Source: Burkholderiaceae bacterium (GTDB lineage Bacteria > Pseudomonadota > Gammaproteobacteria > Burkholderiales > Burkholderiaceae). Taken from it: DNA of 64,000 bases. The DNA lies in the NCBI GenBank assembly GCA_947448415.1, contig CANFMT010000002.1, forward strand, positions 62,698 to 126,697, in the 5' to 3' direction. This document shows positions 10,549-19,955 of the stretch, one piece after another; position 1 is the stretch's first letter, and every line of letters starts with the position of its first letter. The notes beneath the pieces are model-generated. The model did no database searches, was not told where the DNA came from, and saw only the letters and a program-made list of their open reading frames with translations. Made by a program: the position numbers and the translations under genes.

Positions 10549-11037
10549 ATGAACTTGCCAAATCATCAATTAACGATGACTGTCTTAATGACGCCAGATA
10601 AGACAAATTTTTTTGGCAATGTTCATGGTGACGATGTTTTAAAACTCTTAGATCAGGTTGCTTATGCCTGTGCCAGTAGATACGCTGGTAGACACGTTGT
10701 CACTCTGAGTGTTGACCAGGTTACCTTCAAGCAGCCCATCCATGTTGGCGAACTACTCACTTTTTTAGCTTCAGTAAATTACACTGGTACCTCTTCAATA
10801 GAGGTGGGTATTAAGGTGATTGCCGAAAACATCCTCACGAAAGTCGTTAGGCATGTAAATAGCTGCTTTCTCACTATGGTTGCTATGGATGAAAATCGAA
10901 AACCTATTGCTGTGCCTAAGTTTTCTCCAGCAACACCAGATGAAGAAAGGCGCTACAAAGGCGCTATCCTCAGAAAAGAAATGCGCAAAGAGCTTGAAGA
11001 GAAATTCAATGCCATACGGGCAGTTAAGAACTCATAA
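10549..11037 (+). CDS. Acyl-CoA thioesterase (HotDog fold, YciA-like)
   Basis: NFFGNVHG...LKLLDQVA, VTLSVDQVTFKQPIHVG. Confidence 0.88.
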   Translation: MNLPNHQLTMTVLMTPDKTNFFGNVHGDDVLKLLDQVAYACASRYAGRHVVTLSVDQVTFKQPIHVGELLTFLASVNYTGTSSIEVGIKVIAENILTKVVRHVNSCFLTMVAMDENRKPIAVPKFSPATPDEERRYKGAILRKEMRKELEEKFNAIRAVKNS

Positions 11038-11094
11038 ATAGAGTGAGTCGCAAAAAATAGTGAGTATTTGGCAGAAGTTATTTAAGGGGTCACA

Positions 11095-12057
11095 ATGAAA
11101 CTAGTAAAAATATATGCACTCTTGATTTTCATTGGCGTATCAGGTTTTGCCGGTGCCCAGGAGTGGCCAAATCGTCCGATCACTTTAATTGTTAGCTACC
11201 CTCCTGGAGGTACTGCTGATTTAATGGCAAGAACTATTGCTACTCCATTAGGTAAAGCGCTAGGCACAACGGTTGTAGTTGAAAATAAACCTGGGGCGAG
11301 TGGACAGATTGCGGCTGCATATGTGGCTAAAGCAAATGCAGATGGCTATACATTGATGCTCGACGCATCTTCTTACTCTGTAAATCCATCGCTGTTTCCA
11401 AAGTTACCCTATGACCCCAATAAAGATTTCAAAACATTGGCGATTTTGGCGCAGTACCCAAATGTTTTATTAGTTCATCCTAGTTTTCCTGCGAAGTCAG
11501 TGAAAGAGTTGGTGGCTATGGCCAAAGCCAAGCCCAACTCCATTGCATACGCCTCTTCTGGAAATGGCTCCGCTCAACATCTAGCTGGTGCATTGTTTGA
11601 GGTGAAGGCCGATGTGCAAATGCAGCACATTCCTTATAAAGGTGGTGGCCCAGCTCTTAATGATGTGGTGGGCGGTCAAGTACCAGTTTTCTTTGGTAGC
11701 GTAGCGTCCACAAAACAGTATGTTGATTCTGGCAAGTTAAACGCTTTGGCCGTGACCGGCAAGAAAAGAGCCTCTTCAATGCCTAGCGTACCCACCATGG
11801 CTGAGGCAGGAGTCCCCGGTTATGAGGTGTATGAATGGAATGGAATTTTTGCGCCTGCGGCAACGCCAGCAGTCATTTTAGTCAAGATATCGGATGGTAT
11901 TACCAAAGTGATGCAGTCGGCAGAGGTTAAAGATAAGGTGTTGAGTCTAGGGGGCGAGCCATTTCAAGGTGGTCCCGATGTGGCTGATAGGTTTATTAAG
12001 GGCCAGATGGTAGAGTGGGCTAAATTAGTGAAGAGCGGCAAGATTACCGTGGATTAG
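11095..12057 (+). CDS. Bug/TctC-family solute receptor
   Basis: YPPGGTAD, ENKPGASG, YASSGNGS, HIPYKGG. Confidence 0.93.
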   Translation: MKLVKIYALLIFIGVSGFAGAQEWPNRPITLIVSYPPGGTADLMARTIATPLGKALGTTVVVENKPGASGQIAAAYVAKANADGYTLMLDASSYSVNPSLFPKLPYDPNKDFKTLAILAQYPNVLLVHPSFPAKSVKELVAMAKAKPNSIAYASSGNGSAQHLAGALFEVKADVQMQHIPYKGGGPALNDVVGGQVPVFFGSVASTKQYVDSGKLNALAVTGKKRASSMPSVPTMAEAGVPGYEVYEWNGIFAPAATPAVILVKISDGITKVMQSAEVKDKVLSLGGEPFQGGPDVADRFIKGQMVEWAKLVKSGKITVD

Positions 12058-12100
12058 TCCGTTTTAATGAGGTCCTTTGATAGCTTGGTTAATTGAAAGA

Positions 12101-13066
12101 ATGTTGATGAAAAAATACTTACTAGTTTTCATGGTGCTGGCTAGTTCAAAAATTGCCATGGCCGCATACCCTGAGAAGTCGATACGCTTGGTCGTGCCTT
12201 TTGCTACTGGCGGTACTTCTGAGATTGTTGCTAGATCAGTTGCTAGTAGTCTTAGCACTAGTCTTGGCCAATCGGTTTATGTAGATAACAAGCCAGGTGG
12301 CGCGGGTAATATCGCAATGGAAGAAGTAAAGCGTGCCAATCCAGATGGATATACGCTTATTTTGGGGCATGTTGGAACGCTTGCAGTAAACCCTGCTTTA
12401 TTTGGTAAGAAGTTGCCATATGATCCCAACAAAGATTTTGCACCTGTCACACTGGTAGCAAAAGTGCCTAACGTTATAGCGGTAAGCGAAAAGAGTCCCT
12501 ATAAGACTCTGAGTGACTTGGTGATTGATGCCAAGAAAAATCCAGGCAAGATTAATTACGGATCTGCTGGTAATGGCAGTGCCGGACATTTGGCGATGGA
12601 GTATTTCTCCGCAGATGCAGGTATTGATCTAGTGCACGTTCCTTATAAGGGATCCGGACCGATGTTGACCGATCTGATTGGCGGACAAATTCAAGCTACA
12701 TTCAATGGCTTGCCATCCTTAATGGGCCAGATTAAAGGGGGTACTTTACGCCCATTAGCAGTTGGCTCTGCTGAGAGATCAAAAGTCTTGCCTAATGTTC
12801 CAACCGTATCGGAGTCTGGTTATAAAGGTTTTGAGACATCACAGTGGTACGGAATTATGGTGCCTGCTGGAACTCCGCAACCAATTATCGATAGGCTCCA
12901 AAAAGATATCGCTAAGTCATTAAAGTCTAAAGAGGACTCAAAAAAGATGTTGGAAGATGGCGCTGTTTTAGTAGGCGATACACCTGCTCAGTTTGGTGCA
13001 TTTATTAAATCAGAGCAAATTCGCTGGTCTAAGGTAGTGGAGAAAGCAAAAATTACTGTCGATTAA
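12101..13066 (+). CDS. Bug/TctC-family solute receptor
   Basis: VPFATGG, DNKPGGAG, YGSAGNGS, HVPYKGS. Start is ATG 12101 or 12107. Confidence 0.92.
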   Translation: MLMKKYLLVFMVLASSKIAMAAYPEKSIRLVVPFATGGTSEIVARSVASSLSTSLGQSVYVDNKPGGAGNIAMEEVKRANPDGYTLILGHVGTLAVNPALFGKKLPYDPNKDFAPVTLVAKVPNVIAVSEKSPYKTLSDLVIDAKKNPGKINYGSAGNGSAGHLAMEYFSADAGIDLVHVPYKGSGPMLTDLIGGQIQATFNGLPSLMGQIKGGTLRPLAVGSAERSKVLPNVPTVSESGYKGFETSQWYGIMVPAGTPQPIIDRLQKDIAKSLKSKEDSKKMLEDGAVLVGDTPAQFGAFIKSEQIRWSKVVEKAKITVD

Positions 13067-13091
13067 TTTCTTTTGCTGCTTGACATGATGG

Positions 13092-13125
13092 AAGAATAAA
13101 ACCACCTTTGGGTGGTTTTATTCTT
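13092..13125. terminator. Rho-independent terminator (bidirectional type)
   Basis: AAGAATAAAACCACC-TTTG-GGTGGTTTTATTCTT, a perfect inverted repeat. Confidence 0.8.
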
Positions 13126-13191
13126 AGTGATGCTAAATTAACTGAAAATATGAAACGTTTTCTGGATCCCTCTGACTGCCGTATTGCATTG

Positions 13192-13995
13192 ATGGCTAGC
13201 ACCCTCAAGATTTGCTGTCATTTGGCGATACTGTGTTGGGGTGGCATGGTTATGGCGCAGTCATCGGAAAGTACCATGAGTGAAGAGGCAAAAGCTGGTC
13301 AAAAAATGCAAAACCCGCTTTACCCCCAAATACAGTTACCACTTACTTATAACTATAACCAAAGGGTAGGGGTCAATAGTGCTTCACAGCAGACTCAAAT
13401 TGGATTTAATCCGATCATCCCCGTACAAATTCATGAGGATCTTCAGCTCATTATTAATCCCCTGTTGACATATAACCATAACGCCAACAACCAACAAGTC
13501 ACTAACCAAAATCAGCCATTGCAATTAGCCACTTTTTTTGCACCTACCTACGTAAAAACTTGGTACTACGGTATTGGTCCCTACTTGCAGGTGCCGGCGA
13601 CTAATGCAAACAATGGCTCAAAACAAACTGGGGCAGGTGTTTCTGTGGGGGCATTCTACACACCAGACAATTGGGTTGTGGGGGTTGCCATGTTCAACTC
13701 ATGGGGTATCGGCAATGATTTAACTGGCGGATCTGCCAACGTACTCAATGCCCAGCCCACAATTTCTTATACAACTGATCGCGCCTGGACTTATAACTTA
13801 GGTAGTCAGATCACTTACAACTACAACACTAATGCAGCAAGCAATCAACTGACTCTGAGTGGGGGCAAAACATTCAAAGTTGGGGAATATCACTTTCAGT
13901 GGCAAGTTGGGCCAACCTATATGGTGACGACCTTCCCAGGCAGTGCAAAGGGCTTTGGGGGGTATTTTGGTTTAACGGCTTTATTGCCAAAGTAA
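13192..13995 (+). CDS. Putative outer-membrane beta-barrel protein (paralogue of 24349-25230)
   Basis: Signal-like N-terminus, alternating aromatic beta-strands, shared motifs GSKQTGAG, WYYGIGPY and YTTDRAWTY. Start uncertain. Confidence 0.7.
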   Translation: MASTLKICCHLAILCWGGMVMAQSSESTMSEEAKAGQKMQNPLYPQIQLPLTYNYNQRVGVNSASQQTQIGFNPIIPVQIHEDLQLIINPLLTYNHNANNQQVTNQNQPLQLATFFAPTYVKTWYYGIGPYLQVPATNANNGSKQTGAGVSVGAFYTPDNWVVGVAMFNSWGIGNDLTGGSANVLNAQPTISYTTDRAWTYNLGSQITYNYNTNAASNQLTLSGGKTFKVGEYHFQWQVGPTYMVTTFPGSAKGFGGYFGLTALLPK

Positions 13996-14039
13996 TGGGT
14001 TAATCTTCTTGTATTGATTTTTACGGGTGAATAATTAAG

Positions 14040-14540
14040 ATGAATTGGTTAAGCCACATAACTACGATGTCCAACCCACTAGAGTTGGCATCTTTTTATA
14101 TGACGCATGCATTTGGAGAGAAATTCCAAATTGTTTTAATTGATGTCATTCTAATTTTGGCATTTCACGGGTTTTACATCCTTTGGCTAACGCGCTTATT
14201 TAAAAAATTCGTTATGGACACGAAACTGCGCAGTAGCTTGCGCGCAAGCTTTTTGTCATACTTAGTAGCCATCTTGCTTGTCGTGCTAGCTCACTGTAAT
14301 GACATTTTTGTTCTAGCCTGGGTTTTGGACTCCTTAAAAATATTCACCGATCCATTGGCTAGTCTGTATTACGTTAGTGGTATGTACACCACTATCGGCT
14401 CAAGCCAATCTCCAGGAGAGCAGTGGCAAAGCTTATCCATCATCATTGCATTTACAGGGCTTTTTGCCTTTTCCATATCGGGGGCTGGGCTGTACTCTAT
14501 GCTGGGCTTTTTTCTTACACCACCAAAAGATTCAAAGTAA
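14040..14540 (+). CDS. Small ion-channel family protein (Ion_trans_2-like)
   Basis: TM helices flank SLYYVSGMYTTIG (pore-helix and filter pattern), followed by W..L.II.AFTGLF. Confidence 0.65.
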   Translation: MNWLSHITTMSNPLELASFYMTHAFGEKFQIVLIDVILILAFHGFYILWLTRLFKKFVMDTKLRSSLRASFLSYLVAILLVVLAHCNDIFVLAWVLDSLKIFTDPLASLYYVSGMYTTIGSSQSPGEQWQSLSIIIAFTGLFAFSISGAGLYSMLGFFLTPPKDSK

Positions 14541-14589
14541 AACACTGTATCCTTGTTAAATACCATTTTTATGACTGGATTTAGGTGGC

Positions 14590-15219
14590 ATGGATTCAAA
14601 AGCGCTGCTAGTTTGCGATCAATGTGATTTGCTATTGCGAGAGGTTCAATTAGAGCCTGGCGGCAAGGCACTTTGTTCTCGTTGTGGCAATGTTTTATAT
14701 CGTTGTCAGCCAGATGGCCTAAGATTAAGTTTGATATTTTCTCTTACTGCAGCAGCCTTATTTTTAATCTCTAATGCATTTCCAATTGTTACGATTGATT
14801 CTCAGGGGTTGACTAATTCAACGACATTGCTAGATGCCGCAGAGAGGCTATTTGATGATGGTATTCCAAGTATTGCCGCATTAGTATTTGCCACAACTTT
14901 TTTGATGCCGGCCTTAGAAATTATGGCCATGATTTATTTATTACTCCCTTTGCATTTTGAAAAGTTGCCGCCAGGGTTTTCAGTGGCCTTTCGCTTGATT
15001 CATTTTGTGAAGCCTTGGGCCATGATTGAGGTATTCATGTTGGGGCTACTCGTTACTATTAGTAAACTCAGCGCACTTGCTTCGGTTGTGCCGAATATTG
15101 CTCTAGGCTCTTTTATTTTATTAATGTTCTCGGTGACTGCAGCAGCAGCTAACTTTGATCGACGCGGCTATTGGGAACGAGTGGACGGCATTAAGAAGTT
15201 GCAGGGACAATTATGCTGA
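14590..15219 (+). CDS. pqiA: PqiA-family protein (N-terminal half-type)
   Basis: CDQCD...CSRCG, ISNAFP, PWAMIEVF. Confidence 0.88.
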   Translation: MDSKALLVCDQCDLLLREVQLEPGGKALCSRCGNVLYRCQPDGLRLSLIFSLTAAALFLISNAFPIVTIDSQGLTNSTTLLDAAERLFDDGIPSIAALVFATTFLMPALEIMAMIYLLLPLHFEKLPPGFSVAFRLIHFVKPWAMIEVFMLGLLVTISKLSALASVVPNIALGSFILLMFSVTAAAANFDRRGYWERVDGIKKLQGQLC

Positions 15220-15863
15220 TGGCTCGCTCAAAAGGAATTATTGGGTGCGAAGATTGCGGTCTCGCTCAACACGCATCACCTAAGGCTAAGCACATGGTTT
15301 GCGTACGCTGCGGAGCCGATATGCATTTTCGTAAGTCAAATAGTATCAGTCGCACTTGGGCGCTACTCATTGCAGCTTATGTATTGATTATTCCGGCCAA
15401 TTTGATGCCAGTGATGGCAACAGGCTCTCTTTTTGGCACTGAAAAAGATACTATTTTTGGTGGAGTGGTGTACTTATGGACTTCAGATTCTGAGTTATTG
15501 GCCATTATTCTGTTTTGTGCAAGCATCATCATCCCCTTTGCAAAACTCTTTTCCTTAACCTTTCTACTAATTAGTGTGCAGATTCACTCTAGCTGGAATC
15601 CAAAGTTTCGGGCGCGCCTGTATCGAATGGTAGAGGCTATAGGACGATGGTCCATGATTGACGTATATGTTGCTACTATGCTTACAGCTCTCGTACAATT
15701 CGGTAACTTAATGAATATTCGTGCTGGTGCAGGAGCAATTGCCTTTGCAACCGTTGTGGTGATAACCATTTTTGCAGCAGAGAGCTTTGACCCACGGCTG
15801 ATTTGGGATTCTGCAGATCAATTAAAGAGTAAAAATATAATTTCAGAGGAATTGCATGTCTGA
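15213..15863 (+). CDS. pqiA: PqiA-family protein (C-terminal half-type)
   Basis: CEDCG...CVRCG, IPANLMPVM, IGRWSMIDV, FDPRLIWD. Confidence 0.9.
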   Translation: MLMARSKGIIGCEDCGLAQHASPKAKHMVCVRCGADMHFRKSNSISRTWALLIAAYVLIIPANLMPVMATGSLFGTEKDTIFGGVVYLWTSDSELLAIILFCASIIIPFAKLFSLTFLLISVQIHSSWNPKFRARLYRMVEAIGRWSMIDVYVATMLTALVQFGNLMNIRAGAGAIAFATVVVITIFAAESFDPRLIWDSADQLKSKNIISEELHV

Positions 15864-17439
15864 TACAAATCAAGGGCCTGAGATCCCAGATTTACCGGTA
15901 GCACTCAGTCAAGCAAAGCGACATTGGGCTCCACAGATCATATGGATCGTTCCTATTGTGGCTGTTTTAGTTGGCTTAGTCTTAATGTACAAATCGATCG
16001 TTGATCATGGCCCAACCATTACCGTTTCTTTCAAGACCGGCGATGGATTGATAGCCGGAAAAACTGCCGTCAAATATAAAGAGGTCAGCATTGGTTTGGT
16101 TAAAACCGTAGTGTTATCTGAGGATCATCAGCAAGTTGTTGCGACTATTCAGTTAAATAAGGATGCGGCTGATTTTGCAAAGATAGATACTCGCTTCTGG
16201 ATTGTTCGTCCACGTATCACTGCTAATGGCGTGACTGGTTTAAGCACTCTCCTTGATGGACCATTTATTGCGGCTGATTTAGGTAAAGCGGCGGAGGTCC
16301 AAAGTAATTTTATAGCCCTTGAAGTGCCGCCCATATTGACAGGAGATACGCCTGGACGCGAATTTATATTGAAGGCGTCTACATTGGGTTCTCATAACGT
16401 CGGTACGCCTGTATATTTTCGTCGTATAGCTGTTGGACAAGTGGTCGCTCATGACTTGGATAAAGATGGCAAGAGTGTTTCTATAAGAATTTTTATCAAC
16501 GCTCCTTTTGATGGGTATGTAATTAATAACACCCGTTTTTGGAATGCTACTGGTGTAGATGTCACCTTAAATGCTTCAGGTATTCAGGTGCAAACTGAGT
16601 CATTGATTGCGGTTCTAGCTGGCGGTATTGCTTTTGAGGCCCCAGAGCCCTTGCACGCGAATCCAAATTCACCAAATCCAGCTGATAGCACTCTTGCAGA
16701 CAGAGCAAAGCAAGATACTGTTTTCCCATTATTTACAACACGTGATGTAGCTTTGAAGCAGCCAGATGCACGTGCTCAACGCTTCGTGATTAATTTCAAG
16801 CAATCTGTTCGTGGTTTGATGGTTGGCGCCCCCGTTGAGTTCCGTGGTGTCAATATGGGCGAAGTCGTAAGCATCGGCGCTGCCATGGATCCTCAGACCT
16901 ATGAAATTATTCAGCCAGTCGAGATTTTTATTTATCCTGATCGCTTGCAGGTTCGCTCAATCAAGACGGGTAAATTATTGCCACCCCCTAAAAACGAACT
17001 GGATCGATTAAAGGCCTTAATTGGCAAAGGCTTGCGTGCACAGCTAAACACCAGTAGCTATATAACTGGTCAAAAATATATCGCGCTCGAATTTTTCCCT
17101 GATGCTCCTAAGTACACTTTAGATGCATCTCGCAAACCTTTAGAGATTCCTGCTGTACCAGATGAATTAGCAGATATTGAAAAAACAATGGCTGGCGTGG
17201 TTAAGCGCACTGATAGGGTAATGAAAAAGCTTGATGAGCAACTCATTCCACAGTTTGATAAGACCTTGAAGAACGTTAATGCAATTACCGAAGGTGATTC
17301 GCCATTGCTATTGGATATGCGAGACTCCTTGCGCGAATTAACCAAGGCAGCCGCCTCTGTCAAGACATTGACTGATATGCTTGATGAACAGCCACAGTCA
17401 CTGATATTCGGTAAGCCATCACAGGGATCTAAACAATGA
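15856..17439 (+). CDS. pqiB: PqiB, triple-MCE intermembrane transport protein
   Basis: IWIVPIVA anchor, three MCE repeats (GLIAGKTAVKYK, GTPVYFR, GLMVGAPVEFRG), helical tail ending PQSLIFGK. Confidence 0.92.
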   Translation: MSDTNQGPEIPDLPVALSQAKRHWAPQIIWIVPIVAVLVGLVLMYKSIVDHGPTITVSFKTGDGLIAGKTAVKYKEVSIGLVKTVVLSEDHQQVVATIQLNKDAADFAKIDTRFWIVRPRITANGVTGLSTLLDGPFIAADLGKAAEVQSNFIALEVPPILTGDTPGREFILKASTLGSHNVGTPVYFRRIAVGQVVAHDLDKDGKSVSIRIFINAPFDGYVINNTRFWNATGVDVTLNASGIQVQTESLIAVLAGGIAFEAPEPLHANPNSPNPADSTLADRAKQDTVFPLFTTRDVALKQPDARAQRFVINFKQSVRGLMVGAPVEFRGVNMGEVVSIGAAMDPQTYEIIQPVEIFIYPDRLQVRSIKTGKLLPPPKNELDRLKALIGKGLRAQLNTSSYITGQKYIALEFFPDAPKYTLDASRKPLEIPAVPDELADIEKTMAGVVKRTDRVMKKLDEQLIPQFDKTLKNVNAITEGDSPLLLDMRDSLRELTKAAASVKTLTDMLDEQPQSLIFGKPSQGSKQ

Positions 17440-18089
17440 GATTGTTTTCCACTTCAATATTTTTAGCCTTATTCATGCTTGGGTGTAGCTCTCCAAAAAC
17501 TTCTTATTACAGAATGAGCGCAAGTCCTATTGCGGCGTCAGCAACTACCAATCATTCAATGCGCTTGATGGTTGGTCCTATAACACTACCCGCCAGCATG
17601 GATAGGCCACAACTGATTACTCAGAGCGGGGCTAATGAGGTGCAGGTGCATGAATACCATCGCTGGGCAGGTTCACTTAAGAGTGATATTGGTCAGGTGA
17701 TTTCTTCAAAGCTATCCCAGGATCTTGGCACTTCGGATGTGTGGAACTTTGCTCAAAGCACCCAAGCGCAATTCGATTACCAGGTGCTTGTAGATGTACA
17801 AAATTTAGATAGTTCAGAAAAAGGAAATGTAGCCTTAGATGTACTCTGGACGATTAAGCCATCGAGTCAAAAGGTTTCTGTAGAGTCATCTTCCAAGTCT
17901 TCGAAGAATCCCGCTAAGTCCCATGCTGGTGCGACTTGCAAAGAAGGAGCCTTTACAGGGCGCTCCTTGGTTAATGAGTCAATTTCAGGATCTGGATTTG
18001 ATTCGATAGTTGCCGCTCAAAGCCGTGCATTTAGCAAAGTAGGCGATGATATCGCAAAGAGGTTTATGAGCGAAGGTTGTCGCCCATAA
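17436..18089 (+). CDS. pqiC: PqiC-family outer-membrane lipoprotein
   Basis: Lipobox LGC, DRPQL, HRWAG. Follows pqiB with an ATGA overlap. Confidence 0.85.
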   Translation: MRLFSTSIFLALFMLGCSSPKTSYYRMSASPIAASATTNHSMRLMVGPITLPASMDRPQLITQSGANEVQVHEYHRWAGSLKSDIGQVISSKLSQDLGTSDVWNFAQSTQAQFDYQVLVDVQNLDSSEKGNVALDVLWTIKPSSQKVSVESSSKSSKNPAKSHAGATCKEGAFTGRSLVNESISGSGFDSIVAAQSRAFSKVGDDIAKRFMSEGCRP

Positions 18090-18119
18090 CCTTTTGCGGT
18101 AATGAGATCATACGTGATC

Positions 18120-18755
18120 TTAGTCAATTCGCGTGATGAGCTCTTTAATGGGTCTTCTGACCTTCTTCAGATTGGCTAACCAGTCTTCATCAGTCTTTCG
18201 ATATCCAAGCGGCATTATGGCAACGCTACGCAAACCTTTTTCCTTTAGATTGAGGATTTCATCTAAGGCTTTTGGATCGAAGCCCTCCATTGGCGTGCTA
18301 TCGACTTGTTCGTAGGCGGCAGCAATCAATGCGGTTCCCAATCCTATATAAGCTTGTTTGGCAGCATGCGTGTAATTGAGTTCTGGATCTCTATTGGTAT
18401 AGTCAACTAGTAATTTTTGACGGTAGATAGTACCAGCCTCACTTTTAAAGTTACGAATCCTCTCAGTCATATCGAATGCATGATTGATTCGCTCTGCTGT
18501 GTAGTGATCCCAGGCTGCAAATACCAATAAATGAGAGCAATCAGTAATTTGGCTCTGACCCCAAGCAATATCTTTAATTTTTTCTCTAATAGGCTTGTTG
18601 GTAATAACCAGGACTTCATAGGGCTGAAGTCCACTGGAGCTGGCAGTTAGACGAATAGCTTCTAGGATCTGATCTACCTTTGCCTCTGGAACCAATTTGG
18701 CAGAATCCATTTTTTTAGTGGCATAGCGCCATTGCAGTTTATCGATAAGACTCAT
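18120..18755 (-). CDS. NAD(P)H-dependent nitroreductase (NfsB-like)
   Basis: WRYATKK, SSSGLQP, DSTPMEGFD, LGYR. Confidence 0.9.
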   Translation of the reverse strand: MSLIDKLQWRYATKKMDSAKLVPEAKVDQILEAIRLTASSSGLQPYEVLVITNKPIREKIKDIAWGQSQITDCSHLLVFAAWDHYTAERINHAFDMTERIRNFKSEAGTIYRQKLLVDYTNRDPELNYTHAAKQAYIGLGTALIAAAYEQVDSTPMEGFDPKALDEILNLKEKGLRSVAIMPLGYRKTDEDWLANLKKVRRPIKELITRID

Positions 18756-18777
18756 TTGTATTGCCCCCGGATTAAAT

Positions 18778-19401
18778 TTAGTGATTACGTTCTTTAGATT
18801 CTTGTAGCTGAATTTTTTCAAGATTATTAATTAATTCCAGTAATTTTTCTTTTTGTTCTTCAGGAAACGGATCTGTTGGTTTTTGACTTTGTAGAAGATA
18901 TTCTTGGTCTTCTAGTTTTCTGACGATCTCCAATACTTTTGCATTTTCATTTCCTTTAATCTGGTATTGATTGAAATACAAAACTGTGAGGCTAAGTTTT
19001 TCTACAGAGGGATCAACAGGGGTTTTACTTTGAAAAACACTTTTAAGTGCAAACTGAGCTTCCCCCACCGTTTTGGCTTTGCGAAGAAAATACTTCATAT
19101 TTTGAATGCGATTGCCGATCTCAAACTGATGAGTAATGAGTTGTGTTCGATTACGCAATTGAACTTCATAGTGATGTTGGACTATTTGATAAGCACCAGC
19201 CCCACCGGTCACCAATACAGAGGATAAGAACCACATGCCTACATTGCTATTGAGCAATTCATTTACTTTGCCCCAAAAACTTTTTTCAATTGATTCAATT
19301 TCTTGACCAATTATCCCAAGCTCAGAGCGAATTTTGCTCGCCGCTTGATGACGGTAGCGCTCTTCGGCTTCAATTAGGGATTTTTTTTCATCGCTTAGCA
19401 T
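18778..19401 (-). CDS. Hypothetical single-TM membrane protein
   Basis: 207-aa ORF with an ATG start, one TM (GMWFLSSVLVTGGAGAY) and a helical remainder. Confidence 0.65.
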   Translation of the reverse strand: MLSDEKKSLIEAEERYRHQAASKIRSELGIIGQEIESIEKSFWGKVNELLNSNVGMWFLSSVLVTGGAGAYQIVQHHYEVQLRNRTQLITHQFEIGNRIQNMKYFLRKAKTVGEAQFALKSVFQSKTPVDPSVEKLSLTVLYFNQYQIKGNENAKVLEIVRKLEDQEYLLQSQKPTDPFPEEQKEKLLELINNLEKIQLQESKERNH

Positions 19402-19514
19402 TACATAACCTTTAATGGGGATTTTTCATTATTCTATGCGTTATTGGGTAGTCGGATGTTTCTCAGTCTTTAAAGCGGTTACCATATGACGTCTAAACCA
19501 ATGCGAATCTGATT

Positions 19515-19880
19515 ATGAATCTAATTGATGTAATTCGAGGGGTAAGTGATGTAATGGATGCCCTAGGCGTAGCCGCCGTATCGGTTGGGGTGCTTTGGGG
19601 TTTGTATGTTTTTATAAAAGACCTCATTACTCAAACAGCGGATGTTGCTTATAAGGCGTTTCGCATTCAAATTGTGCGAGCACTCATTCTGGGTCTGGAG
19701 ATTTTGGTTGCGGGTGATGTGATTCGTACAGTAGCCATTAGTCCAACATTGAGTAGTGTGATAGTTTGAGGAGCGATTGTCCTCATTCGATGCTTCTTAA
19801 GTTGGTCTCTCACTTTAGAAATCGATGGACGTTGGCCATGGCAAGCACCAAGACCCGGCTCCGATAAAGAGTCTGATTAA
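19515..19880 (+). pseudogene. DUF1622-family membrane protein interrupted by an in-frame TGA at 19767-19769
   Basis: LGLEILVAGDVIRTV..SPTL precedes the stop. The same frame continues GAIVLIRCFLSWSLTLEIDGRWPWQ, the family C-terminus, to TAA at 19880. Confidence 0.8.
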
Positions 19881-19906
19881 CTAAATTTGTATAGTTTTTT
19901 ATAGAT

Positions 19907-19935
19907 AAAAAAAGGGTCAGTAATGACCCTCTTTT
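19907..19935. terminator. Bidirectional terminator between the DUF1622 gene and ahpF
   Basis: A-run, AGGGTCA-GTAA-TGACCCT, then a T-rich tail. Confidence 0.7.
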
Positions 19936-19955
19936 GTTTTGCTTCAAGAAGCCAA

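Noticed and set aside
14590-15863. Split pqiA as a frameshifted pseudogene
   Set aside because: Each half has its own start and CxxC pairs. Two-gene pqiA is a common natural arrangement.
19767-19769. TGA as selenocysteine
   Set aside because: The position is a hydrophobic TM residue rather than a Cys equivalent, and I saw no convincing SECIS-like hairpin. A nonsense mutation or sequencing error is simpler.
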